In this document: one piece after another, positions 53,712-63,123 of the stretch
Layout of the letters: every line of letters begins with the position of its first letter
How positions within the stretch are numbered: position 1 is the stretch's first letter
NCBI GenBank assembly: GCA_027459705.1
Contig: DAIDHM010000123.1
Span: 2,538-66,537 of the forward strand
DNA: 64,000 bases
Direction: 5' to 3'
DNA from: Ktedonobacteria bacterium
Lineage (GTDB): Bacteria; Chloroflexota; Ktedonobacteria; Ktedonobacterales; JACDGC01
Position numbers and translations under genes: made by a program
The notes under the pieces: model-generated
What the model was told of the DNA's origin: nothing
Seen by the model: the letters and a program-made list of their open reading frames with translations, nothing else
Databases searched by the model: none

Positions 53712-56177
53712 TCAGTTCCCGTACTGCCGAAAGCGGCGGACCCGCTCGGCATAGAGTTGGAGCCGCTCGATGACCAGCGCGTTGATGGTGTTGCTGAGAT
53801 ACTCACCCTGGGGATTGGGTCGGCCCGCTGGCCGCCCCATGAGCAATTCCACCGCCTCATCGACAGCGCGCACCGCGTAAATTTGAAAGGCGCCACGCCG
53901 CACAGCCTCGATAATATCCAACCGTAGCATCAAGTTACGGACATTCGCGGCTGGAATAATGACACCCTGAGTGCCATTCAATCCCAGGATCGCGCAGGTA
54001 TCAAAGAATCCTTCAACCTTGGCTGTCACCCCACCAACCGCCTGCACTTCGCCGTACTGGTTCACCGAACCGGTAACCGCCAGATCCTGACGGATCGGCA
54101 CGTCGCTCAGCGTCGAGAGCAACGCGCAGAGTTCCGCTAGCGATGCGCTGTCTCCGTCGACGCCGTCATAGACTTGCTCGAAGGTGATCGTCGCCGCCAG
54201 ACTGAGGGGCTGTTCCTGGCCATAGCGACCTGCGAGGTAGCCGCTAATGGTCAGGACGCCTTTGGAGTGGATTGGCCCGCTCAACTGCACCTCGCGCTCT
54301 ACATCCACCACACCCGCCACGCCTGGCGCAGCTCGCGCCGTGATGCGCATCGGTCGACCAAAGACCGCACCCAGCGTGGTAATTACCGCCAGGCCATTGA
54401 CCTGTCCCACCGCATGGCCGGCAACTGCGATTTTCAGCGCCCCACGACGGATGCTCTCATCGATACGGTCGGCCCCGATACCCAACCGTCGACGTCGCAT
54501 TTTCGTTGCTTGGTCGATAGTGGCCGCCTCGATCGTCGCCAGGCCAGTCTTGCGCGCCCAGTAACTTGCCTCAATCACCAGATCACGGAGGGTAGACAGC
54601 GAGGTCGACAGCTTGGTCTGATCTTCGGCTATGCGCGAGCCTTCTTCGATAATGAGCGCCACAGCTGTAGGCGTCAGAGGCGGCAGGTCCAGCGACCGCG
54701 CGACATCACCGACGAACTGGGCGTAGTACCCCTCGGTCAGACTGTTGCGTGGCATCTGAGCATCGAAGTCTGCCCGAACCTTAAAGATTTCGGCGAAATC
54801 GGGATCATTTTCATTCAAGATATTCCAGGTCTCATAGTCACCTAGTAGCAACACTTTGACGCGCAGCGGGATGGGCGCGGGCTTGAGCGATGCAGCCAAT
54901 GCCACCGCTTGCTGTGGATCGACGGGATTCTCGATCGTGATCGTCCCGGTACGCAACGATCGTTTCAGCACTTCCCAGGCCTTTGGCGAAGAGAGCAACT
55001 CGCGGGCATGAATGATCAGGAAGCCGCCATTGGCGCGATGCAGTGCTCCAGACTTGATGAAGCTGAAATCTGTGAAGAGGTTCCCCATTCGCGTCCCATA
55101 TTCGAGCCGCCCCGCCAGGTTGTAGTACGTCGGGTTATGCTCATGAATCGCGGGGGCATGCGTCTCGCCAACGCGGTCTACCAGGACGTTGACACGGTAG
55201 CGGATGAGCGATGGGGGCGCGGCCTGGGCATTACGCATCATCTGTTCGATGCCATCGCCGCTTTCCCCAGCGTTTTCGGCACTCTCCTTCTCTTCTCCGT
55301 CCATGCGGAGCCGCGACGCATTGGCGACGACGTCATCCATAACCTGATCGAGATAGTCACGTACTTCCACAGTCTGGGCGAAACGCGCCCGTAGCGCCTC
55401 ATAGACTGGTAAGATGGCCTCGCGTGCGACGCCGGAATCAACTTCGCGTAACAAAGCACGTTCCTGCACCACGAGGCGGCGATTCGCGGCGGCGGCGGCG
55501 GCAAAAGCTTCCTGGACATTATCGTAATTCCCGCGGAACTGCTCCTTGTCAGCATCGGACAGCGCGCTAAATTCTTCGGGGGGATAGGTCTGACGTTCTT
55601 CGCCTTCGACGGCTGGCTTCAGCGGGATGAAATTGGGGCCATCTTCGCCAGGCTGCACCGCGAAGCCAAGTTCTTCCGCGCGCGTCTCGAACTCCTTGCT
55701 CAAGCGCTCGCGCTGTTCTTCGACTTCTTTGACGGCCGCGGCGCGCCGTCTGCGATAAGCTTCGGCGTCGAAAGCGTCGCGCAAAGCCTGGCGCGCGGCG
55801 TCGATTGCGCCTTCGACAGCATGCGCGAATTCTACCGCTTGACCCGCGGGGAACTCGATCGCGCGTGGTTCGTACGGTTTGGCGAAATTGTGGACGTAGA
55901 CCCAGTCACTGGGCACTGCCTGGTTGGCGGCCAGGGTCTCCACCATGCCGACTGTCGAGACGCTGCGTCCCGAACCAGACGGACCAGCAACGAAGATATT
56001 ATAACGACTATCTGGTACTTCCAGCCCAAAAATCAACGCCTCGGCAGCGCGATCTTGTCCGGTCAGGCGTTGCGGTGGTGGAAGAGCAGCGGTATTCGCA
56101 AAGCCGAAAGAAGCGGGATCGCTGCGTGCGCGCAGCTGTTCTGGCGGCACCGCCAGGGTATGAGACGCAGGGTGCAT
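53712..56177 (-). CDS. LonC-type Lon-like protease (degenerate AAA+ module plus S16 Ser-Lys protease domain)
   Basis: Walker A reads GPSGSGRS. The Walker B position reads GGFLIIHARELL. The protease domain has DGDSAS...GGVTAK, with Ser-to-Lys spacing of 43. GGAG SD lies before ATG 56177. Confidence 0.85.
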   Translation of the reverse strand: MHPASHTLAVPPEQLRARSDPASFGFANTAALPPPQRLTGQDRAAEALIFGLEVPDSRYNIFVAGPSGSGRSVSTVGMVETLAANQAVPSDWVYVHNFAKPYEPRAIEFPAGQAVEFAHAVEGAIDAARQALRDAFDAEAYRRRRAAAVKEVEEQRERLSKEFETRAEELGFAVQPGEDGPNFIPLKPAVEGEERQTYPPEEFSALSDADKEQFRGNYDNVQEAFAAAAAANRRLVVQERALLREVDSGVAREAILPVYEALRARFAQTVEVRDYLDQVMDDVVANASRLRMDGEEKESAENAGESGDGIEQMMRNAQAAPPSLIRYRVNVLVDRVGETHAPAIHEHNPTYYNLAGRLEYGTRMGNLFTDFSFIKSGALHRANGGFLIIHARELLSSPKAWEVLKRSLRTGTITIENPVDPQQAVALAASLKPAPIPLRVKVLLLGDYETWNILNENDPDFAEIFKVRADFDAQMPRNSLTEGYYAQFVGDVARSLDLPPLTPTAVALIIEEGSRIAEDQTKLSTSLSTLRDLVIEASYWARKTGLATIEAATIDQATKMRRRRLGIGADRIDESIRRGALKIAVAGHAVGQVNGLAVITTLGAVFGRPMRITARAAPGVAGVVDVEREVQLSGPIHSKGVLTISGYLAGRYGQEQPLSLAATITFEQVYDGVDGDSASLAELCALLSTLSDVPIRQDLAVTGSVNQYGEVQAVGGVTAKVEGFFDTCAILGLNGTQGVIIPAANVRNLMLRLDIIEAVRRGAFQIYAVRAVDEAVELLMGRPAGRPNPQGEYLSNTINALVIERLQLYAERVRRFRQYGN

Positions 56178-56418
56178 GGGCGATCTCCGTTGGTACAAAT
56201 TTGTGGGTGACTCCGCGCCTCACCCCGATGTTCGTGCCAACATATGCGTGACCCCATTGGTTCGCTATGCGATGGGTGGTCACAGCGCTCGTGGCAGGTG
56301 GATATCAGGCGCGGGCACATGTATGGAGTAGTATAAGCTACCAGCGGTGCGATTACCAGCATCGTGAGGACGATAGTGATATGATTGTGAGAAATGCACA
56401 CCGTCGTAGCGTCCTGAA

Positions 56419-57594
56419 TTAGTGCTCTGCCAGCCGTTCGATGATACCCTGGAGGAGCCGGAGTCGCAGAGGTATATGCTCCAGGATGATACATTCCTCG
56501 GGATGGTGCGAATTCTGGCCGACCAGGCCCAGCCCATCCAGTGTAGGAATCCCCATACCACCAGTAGTGTTGCCATCTGAGGCGCCACCGATGCTCTGGA
56601 AGCGCAGACTCAGCCCCAGATCCAGTCCGGCACCGGCCGCGAGATCGCGCAGCCAGGCGAATTCCGGTGCAGGTTCCAATGGCTGATGTGTTGGGCCCTG
56701 GGTGAGGGTGACGGTCGTATCGGGCACACGGCGGCCGTTTGTTACGATCTCACCCACTGCCGCGATGCCCGCCTCAAAGACCGTCCGCGTCGCGGCGCGC
56801 ATCTCGAAGAGAGCGCGCGCGAACTCTGGCACGACGTTGCGACGGCCACCGCCGCTCACCTCACCAACGTTGAGGCTCAATGAGGGCAGGCTGCCATGGA
56901 GCGCCTGGAGGTCGACGATGAGATGGGCGAGCTCCAGGATGGCATTGCGACCCGCTTCCGGCATTACACCCGCATGCGCCGCAAGACCACGCACCTCCAG
57001 CGTGAAAGACGCCACACCTTTGCGGCCGACGGTGATATTGCGCGGGTCGCGCGTCGGCTCCAACACCAGCACGACATCGGCCTCCCCCGCCAATCGGCGA
57101 ACGAGCGGTGTGCTGGAAGGAGATCCAATCTCTTCGTCGCTATTGCAGAGGAAGGTGATCGATGCGAAGCGATCCAACACCGCTGGGCCAGCCAGGTCCA
57201 GGGCTGTGATCCCCGCCAGGACCCCCGATTTCATATCGAAGATTCCCGGCCCGTAGGCTCGCCCGTCGCGGATTGCGAACGGCCTCAGCGCGACATCGCC
57301 CGTTGGGTAGACGGTATCCAGGTGACCAACCAGCAATAAGCGCGTCTGACCAGATCCTGCTCGGCGTGCTACCACATGGTTGCCGAGTGCACTTTCAGGG
57401 ACGACCTCGACGGTAAACCCCGACCGGACGAATCGCGCCGCCGCCAATTCCGCCACCTGATCGACCCCCGCCTTGTCATGTGTGCCAGAGTCGATCATGA
57501 CCCAGCGCTCCAGTTCCGTCAGCAAGGGCGCTACCGCAGCCTCCGCTGCCTGGCGCGCCGCGCCCTCGTTCATGTACATGCTTGCCTCCGTCAT
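56419..57594 (-). CDS. M20-family metallopeptidase (carboxypeptidase G2 / ArgE-DapE-like)
   Basis: LLVGHLDTV, DMKSG, SDEEIGS metal-ligand motifs. GAGGA SD lies before ATG 57594. Confidence 0.85.
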   Translation of the reverse strand: MTEASMYMNEGAARQAAEAAVAPLLTELERWVMIDSGTHDKAGVDQVAELAAARFVRSGFTVEVVPESALGNHVVARRAGSGQTRLLLVGHLDTVYPTGDVALRPFAIRDGRAYGPGIFDMKSGVLAGITALDLAGPAVLDRFASITFLCNSDEEIGSPSSTPLVRRLAGEADVVLVLEPTRDPRNITVGRKGVASFTLEVRGLAAHAGVMPEAGRNAILELAHLIVDLQALHGSLPSLSLNVGEVSGGGRRNVVPEFARALFEMRAATRTVFEAGIAAVGEIVTNGRRVPDTTVTLTQGPTHQPLEPAPEFAWLRDLAAGAGLDLGLSLRFQSIGGASDGNTTGGMGIPTLDGLGLVGQNSHHPEECIILEHIPLRLRLLQGIIERLAEH

Positions 57595-57809
57595 TCTTTT
57601 TTCCTCAGACCATACCATGCGATAGCAAACCTGGCAAGCCTACACAACCACGCCGCGCGCGCTATCAGTGGTAACAAAAATAAACCGAGTAACTTGATCG
57701 GGATTCTTGTACGATGCTACAATGTAAGCGGTAGTGCGTCCAGAGCGTCTGTGCGCCACGATAGTCACTTTTAGTAACATAGTGTAGAAAAGATACGAAG
57801 AGGTTTCCG

Positions 57810-58655
57810 ATGGCTGATACGTACGCGCATCCCGAGTCCCTGGTCGACACACAATGGGTCGCCGACCATCTCAATGATCCACAGGTACGGATTGTCGAGG
57901 CCGATGAAGACCCGCTGCTTTACGAGGTGGGGCACATCGCTGGCGCTGTGAAGCTCGACTGGCATGTCGACGTGCAGGATCCGCTGCGGCGTGATTTCGT
58001 TGACAAAGCGGGATTCGAGGCGCTCTGCAGTCGCTATGCCATCACGCCCGCGACGACGGTCGTCTTCTATGGCGATCGCAACAACTGGTATGCCGCCTAT
58101 AGCTTCTGGCTCTTCAAGATGTACGGTCACGGGTCGTTGAAGCTGATGAATGGCGGACGAACGAAGTGGGAGTTGGACGGCCGACCCTACACCCAGACGG
58201 TTCCCGCCTATGCCCCGACCGATTACACCGCCAAAGCGCCAGATCTGACGATCCGCGCTTTCCGCCGTCAGGTGGAGGATGGCCTGGGCAGTGCAGGTCG
58301 TGGTCTGGTGGATGTCCGCTCGCCCGATGAGTATAGCGGCAAGTTGCTGCATATGGTGAATTATCCCCAGGAAGGCGCAACGCGTGGCGGCCACATTCCG
58401 GGTGCCCGTAGCATCCCATGGGCCAAGGCGGCGCGCGAAGATGGCACGTTCAAGAGCGCCGAGGAGCTCACACAACTCTACGCGAGCGAAGGCATCACCC
58501 CGGAGAAAGAGATCGTCACCTATTGCCGCATTGGCGAGCGCTCGGCGCATAGCTGGTTCGTGCTGACCCAGTTGCTCGGCTACCCTCAGGTCCGCAATTA
58601 TGACGGATCCTGGACGGAGTGGGGCAACCTGGTGGGCGCACCGATCGAAAAGTAG
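57810..58655 (+). CDS. Thiosulfate/3-mercaptopyruvate sulfurtransferase (tandem rhodanese)
   Basis: Two rhodanese domains. Active-site loop [13 protein letters not shown]. Confidence 0.9.
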   Translation: MADTYAHPESLVDTQWVADHLNDPQVRIVEADEDPLLYEVGHIAGAVKLDWHVDVQDPLRRDFVDKAGFEALCSRYAITPATTVVFYGDRNNWYAAYSFWLFKMYGHGSLKLMNGGRTKWELDGRPYTQTVPAYAPTDYTAKAPDLTIRAFRRQVEDGLGSAGRGLVDVRSPDEYSGKLLHMVNYPQEGATRGGHIPGARSIPWAKAAREDGTFKSAEELTQLYASEGITPEKEIVTYCRIGERSAHSWFVLTQLLGYPQVRNYDGSWTEWGNLVGAPIEK

Positions 58656-58806
58656 GCGTCGGGAGCAACGCGTCACGCGGCCGTGCGACAACCGATCTGG
58701 AGGAACATGTGTGCACGAAACCTGCGTGACGCGTTATCATTCAGACAGGTGGTCCTCGATCGGCCCCCATCATGTATATCCTCGCACTTCAGGAGGTATC
58801 CCAGCG

Positions 58807-59226
58807 ATGCCGATGACCCGTCAGGAGGCTGTTGAATTCCTCCTCGAACACTATCAGAATCCCCAGCATAAGGGGCATGTGGACGATGCGACCTTTGTGC
58901 GGAGCGGCGGCAATCCTGGTTGCTCAGACCTCGTCGAGATCAGCGCCCATGTCAGCGACGATGGCCATGTCGACGCGATTGCTTTTGATGGCCAGGGCTG
59001 CACCATCAGTATGGCGGCGGCCGATTATGTCGCCGAGATTGCCCAGGGCCTCTCGCTGGAGGAGATCGAGGCACTCTCTGCCGATAATCTGATCGACGAG
59101 TTGGGCCGCGAAGTCGTCCAGACTCGCCCCACCTGCGCCACCGCCGCGTTGAGCATCCTCAAGCAGGCCGCGCACGAACAGCTTATGCAGCGTCGCCGCC
59201 AGGCCAACGCCGCCACCGACGACTGA
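58807..59226 (+). CDS. SufU/IscU-like Fe-S cluster scaffold/sulfur-acceptor protein
   Basis: Three conserved Cys contexts NPGCSD, GQGCTIS and RPTCATAAL. GGAGG SD lies before ATG 58807. Confidence 0.8.
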   Translation: MPMTRQEAVEFLLEHYQNPQHKGHVDDATFVRSGGNPGCSDLVEISAHVSDDGHVDAIAFDGQGCTISMAAADYVAEIAQGLSLEEIEALSADNLIDELGREVVQTRPTCATAALSILKQAAHEQLMQRRRQANAATDD

Positions 59227-59295
59227 AGCGCCTGAGCGTCGCGAGGCCTTGGTCCGCGCTGGTGGCCACGCGACGCGTTCACGATTATATCCTGG

Positions 59296-60405
59296 TCAAT
59301 GCGCTCCATCCAGTTGCCGCACCTGGACCGTCTGCATCGGCATTGGGAGCGCGATTCCCTCGGCCTGGTAGCGTGCGACCACGCGTTTGATGAACTCGTG
59401 GGTGAGCAGGTACTGATCAACGGCCGTCATGCCACGAATGATGACCGAGAAACCAATGCCGAAGTTGGCGATGTTATTAAAGCGAATCAAGGGTTCGTAG
59501 TCTACTACGCCGCCAGGGACCGTCCGCATGACGTCGCGCCCGACTTCCAGCGTGACGCGCTCGACGAGATCCAGGTCAGTGCCGTAGTTTACCACGAGGG
59601 GGATGATCACTGCGACCTGCTGGGCGGGGAGGTCAAAATTTTTGATGATGCCAGAGGTCACCCTGGCGTTGGGGACGATGATGATATTATTGCTGAGTTC
59701 ACGGATGCTAGTGGTGCGCCAGTTGATATCGAGGACATAGCCTTCAGTCCCGCCTTCCAGCAACAAGAAGTCGCCAGGGCGGATCTGGCGCGAGCTGAGC
59801 AGGAGCAGACCCGAGACCAGGTCGGTGAGCGTTGCTTGCAACGCGAGGCCCGCCGCTAACCCACCGACGCCGACAGCGGTCAAGAATGGGGTGATCTGCA
59901 CGCCGAAAACGCTCAAAGTCAGCAGGATCCCCAGGACAAAGAGCGCGAAGGTAATGATATTCGAGACCAATGAGACGCTGCTCCGTGAGCCATCCACCGC
60001 GAACGCGACGATGAAGCCATTGATCAGACGCGCCAGGACCAACGTAAACGAGATCAGGAAAAGCGCCAGCAGGACGTTATGGATTGCCACCAGAAGTTGA
60101 TCCGTGGGAATCTTGAGATTCGCGGCGATATCGACGATATAAACACGGTCAACCTGCTGAATCGCGAGGCCAATCCCCAGCAAGATGCCCCAGATTGTCA
60201 CCTGACCGCGCAATGCGCGCCGTGCGAAGCGCTCTGACTTTCCCGTGCGGCGGCGCGCGCCTTGATGCACCCAAAAGATCGCCAATCGCTCGATGAGCCA
60301 GCCCACGAGGCCGCAGCCGACGAGATAGGCGATGGGGATGATCCAGATCTGGATCTGATCGAAGATGGTCGACGCGATGACATTGTTCATGGTGGTGCGG
60401 CCCAT
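59296..60405 (-). CDS. Mechanosensitive ion channel (MscS family)
   Basis: TM bundle, then the conserved beta domain ...IRPGDFLLLEGGTEGYVLDINWRTTSIRELSNNIIIVPNARV.... Confidence 0.88.
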   Translation of the reverse strand: MGRTTMNNVIASTIFDQIQIWIIPIAYLVGCGLVGWLIERLAIFWVHQGARRRTGKSERFARRALRGQVTIWGILLGIGLAIQQVDRVYIVDIAANLKIPTDQLLVAIHNVLLALFLISFTLVLARLINGFIVAFAVDGSRSSVSLVSNIITFALFVLGILLTLSVFGVQITPFLTAVGVGGLAAGLALQATLTDLVSGLLLLSSRQIRPGDFLLLEGGTEGYVLDINWRTTSIRELSNNIIIVPNARVTSGIIKNFDLPAQQVAVIIPLVVNYGTDLDLVERVTLEVGRDVMRTVPGGVVDYEPLIRFNNIANFGIGFSVIIRGMTAVDQYLLTHEFIKRVVARYQAEGIALPMPMQTVQVRQLDGAH

Positions 60406-61065
60406 GCTCCTTTGTGACGCTCAGCATTCGCTCATATGCTACTACAATTCGCGCTGATGGCAAGGGGGCATGTGTCTGTGCCGATGAGACAGCAGACGGG
60501 GACGAGCCGACGCGCCCACTGCGTCCCGACCGCCAACGGCCTACGCTTGTAGTCAAAAGACCGGGTGTGGTGCATGATAGCGGTATGCCATCTCGTAGGA
60601 GCGCTATCTTCACGCTGAGGTGTACCACATGCGCAGCCTTGCATCGACTTTGCCCTCGTCTTTGTCACTCTGGTCTGAGGTTTCTCGCCGATCATCTTCG
60701 ACATCATCCTGAATCATTTCGATCCGCTGGTCTTCGGGTTCGTCCGGTTCCTGCTACTCAGCGTCGTCACGATCAGCGTCCTGACGATCCGTGGCGGACG
60801 GGCGTGGCGAGTGCGGCGGAAAGATGTCCCCTGGCTGATCGCCTCAGGACGCTGAGACGATATAGTATATATATCAACGCTTCTCTGTCTATGTACCCCC
60901 TAGACAGCTTGATCACTTTCTGTTATAAAAAATAACAGTCAATCTTTGACATCGACGGCGTTGTTGACACAGAGCTAGGGTATTTTTTATTAGGGTATAT
61001 GCAGGAAGGAGCAGTGCGCGCATCTCCGATGAATCTATGACCACATACGGATCGCGCCTTTGATT

Positions 61066-61509
61066 ATGGTCAATTCCACGCCGATCACCGTCTTGATTGT
61101 CGATGATAATCGTACGTTGCTCTCGATCTTATCTGAAGGCCTAGTGCTGGCAGGGCCATTTCGGGTTGTCATGGCGGAAAATGGCATCGAAGGGCTAGAG
61201 GTATTTGAGCGCGAGCACCCAGACTGCGTCATCATCGATGTAAAGATGCCAGACCTCGATGGCTATCAACTCGTACTCGCGCTGCGCGGCGATCCAGCTT
61301 CAGCACAGACTCCGCTGATCATGCTGACCGCTATGACCCAGGATCATGACCGCTTGCGAGGCATGTTTACGGGGGTTGACCTGTATATGTTGAAACCAGT
61401 GAAGCCGCGCGAACTGGCAAATGCTATCTACACCATCCTTGGCCGCACCCCTGACGAACGCTTACAAGCCTATAAGCGGCTCGCCCTTGGTGAAGACCAA
61501 GCACCTTGA
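61066..61509 (+). CDS. Single-domain response regulator (CheY-like receiver)
   Basis: VLIVDDN...DVKMPDLDGY...LTAM...KP. No output domain. In-frame TTG 61060 is an alternative start. Confidence 0.9.
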   Translation: MVNSTPITVLIVDDNRTLLSILSEGLVLAGPFRVVMAENGIEGLEVFEREHPDCVIIDVKMPDLDGYQLVLALRGDPASAQTPLIMLTAMTQDHDRLRGMFTGVDLYMLKPVKPRELANAIYTILGRTPDERLQAYKRLALGEDQAP

Positions 61510-61574
61510 AGCGCGGATCATCACCGTGTTGTGATCGCGTCGTACTCACCTCAGAGACCCAGAACTGACACGGC

Positions 61575-63065
61575 ATGAAGAAATGCCTACGGGGGGAAAC
61601 TATGGTACAAGATCCGTTGCTTGCCAAGAATAGCCTGCAATTGTATCAGCAAGCCGAACGGCAGCGGCGGGTTCGCCTCTCATTCTGGTTCAGCATTACG
61701 AACACGCTGGCATTCATAATGTACTTCGGCATCGATTTGGTGCCTGTTCTCACTGGGAATCAGCCTGTCACGTTGGGCTACCTGCTAACGTTGCTGGGTC
61801 TGGGGCTATTCGCGAGCATTTCACTGCTCGGCCATTGGCTGAGTCGTCAGGGCCGGTCGGTCGCGGCCGCTCTCTGCATCCTCATACCCATTTTTATTAT
61901 CATCACCCTCTTCGTTATCTCCTGGATCAATGAGCATGGCCTGGATATTAGAGCCTACCTGGGCATGGCGAGTTACCTCATCATGATCCCTTTAGCAGGG
62001 TTGCTGGGCAACTTGATCCTGATGTTTATCACCGTGACCCTCGCCAGCGCGGCAACCTTGTTCATCGCGTTCGTCCAACCATTCAGCCTCGCCACCTTCC
62101 GGTCGCCTGGAATGAGTAGCGTGGAGATCAGTAATGTTGTGACATTGATCGTGTTGGAATGGGGGCTGGCTATGCTGATGTGGTTTGCGTTAAGTGGCTA
62201 TCGGCGTACACTCCAGGAATTAGGCGATATTCAGGTACAATATGAACGCGCGAAAGCGTTGGATGATCTCAAAGATCAGTTCATTACCAACGTCAACCAC
62301 GAGTTGCGCAATCCGGTGATGGCCATGCAGGGCTATCTTGACATCCTGGAGATGAGCATCGATTCTGCATCACATGCGAAGATTCGCCAGTTGATCTTAC
62401 AGGCTGTGCAGACGGGAGATTCACTCCGCAATCTGCTCACTCATATCCTGGATGCCCGTCGCCTGGACCAGGGAGCGAGTGATTTCACTCCAGAAGCCGT
62501 ACGGATTCGTCCGGTCATCGACGAAGCGATCTCACTGATCGATCCCAACGAAGCCAACGGCATACGCGATCTCACTCTATCAGTGACGCCCGATGCCATG
62601 GTCTGGGGAGAAAAGACGCGCCTCCTGCAGATTTTGACCAATCTGCTCTCGAATGCAGTTAAATATTCCTCGCCTGGCACTCCCATTGAACTGGTGGTGC
62701 GGCCAGTGCAGGAAGCCATCTCTCAGCAACAGAAGCGGTTGATCGGAAAAACCGAAATGCGCACGATGATTGAAATCACGGTGCGCGATCACGGTCTGGG
62801 GATCCCTCCAGAACAGATTCCCTTGCTCTTCCAGCGATTCGTCCGATTACCCCGCGATTTGGCATCAACGACAATCGGTAATGGGATCGGACTGTTTGTC
62901 TGCCGCGCACTCGCCGAGGGGATGCAGGGCAAGATCTGGGTCGAAAGCACTGGCGTTCCTGGTGAAGGATCGACCTTTTTCCTGCGACTGCCCCCGCCAC
63001 CAACTGAGGCTGTCCCTGCTACGGAACCCACCGCCTCTGTCCCACAACCTGTCACGCTGGCATAA
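61575..63065 (+). CDS. Sensor histidine kinase with a ~6-TM N-terminal sensor
   Basis: H-box FITNVNHELRNP. HATPase N/G boxes LLSNAVKYS and RDHGLGIP...GIGLFV. ATG 61602 is an alternative start. Confidence 0.9.
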   Translation: MKKCLRGETMVQDPLLAKNSLQLYQQAERQRRVRLSFWFSITNTLAFIMYFGIDLVPVLTGNQPVTLGYLLTLLGLGLFASISLLGHWLSRQGRSVAAALCILIPIFIIITLFVISWINEHGLDIRAYLGMASYLIMIPLAGLLGNLILMFITVTLASAATLFIAFVQPFSLATFRSPGMSSVEISNVVTLIVLEWGLAMLMWFALSGYRRTLQELGDIQVQYERAKALDDLKDQFITNVNHELRNPVMAMQGYLDILEMSIDSASHAKIRQLILQAVQTGDSLRNLLTHILDARRLDQGASDFTPEAVRIRPVIDEAISLIDPNEANGIRDLTLSVTPDAMVWGEKTRLLQILTNLLSNAVKYSSPGTPIELVVRPVQEAISQQQKRLIGKTEMRTMIEITVRDHGLGIPPEQIPLLFQRFVRLPRDLASTTIGNGIGLFVCRALAEGMQGKIWVESTGVPGEGSTFFLRLPPPPTEAVPATEPTASVPQPVTLA

Positions 63066-63123
63066 CGCGTGACACCGAGCAACTGTACCCATGTTCGATT
63101 AGTTATCTTGTTAAGGAGACGCA

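Noticed and set aside
57771-58691. 306-aa minus-strand ORF.
   Set aside because: It is antisense to the rhodanese gene (clear active-site loop and SD). It has no recognisable motifs and an Arg-rich composition.
60885-60938. CTGT...ACAG inverted repeats as LexA SOS boxes.
   Set aside because: The spacings are N15 and N11, not the N8 of the E. coli-type box. That box type is not expected for this lineage, and no DNA-repair gene follows.
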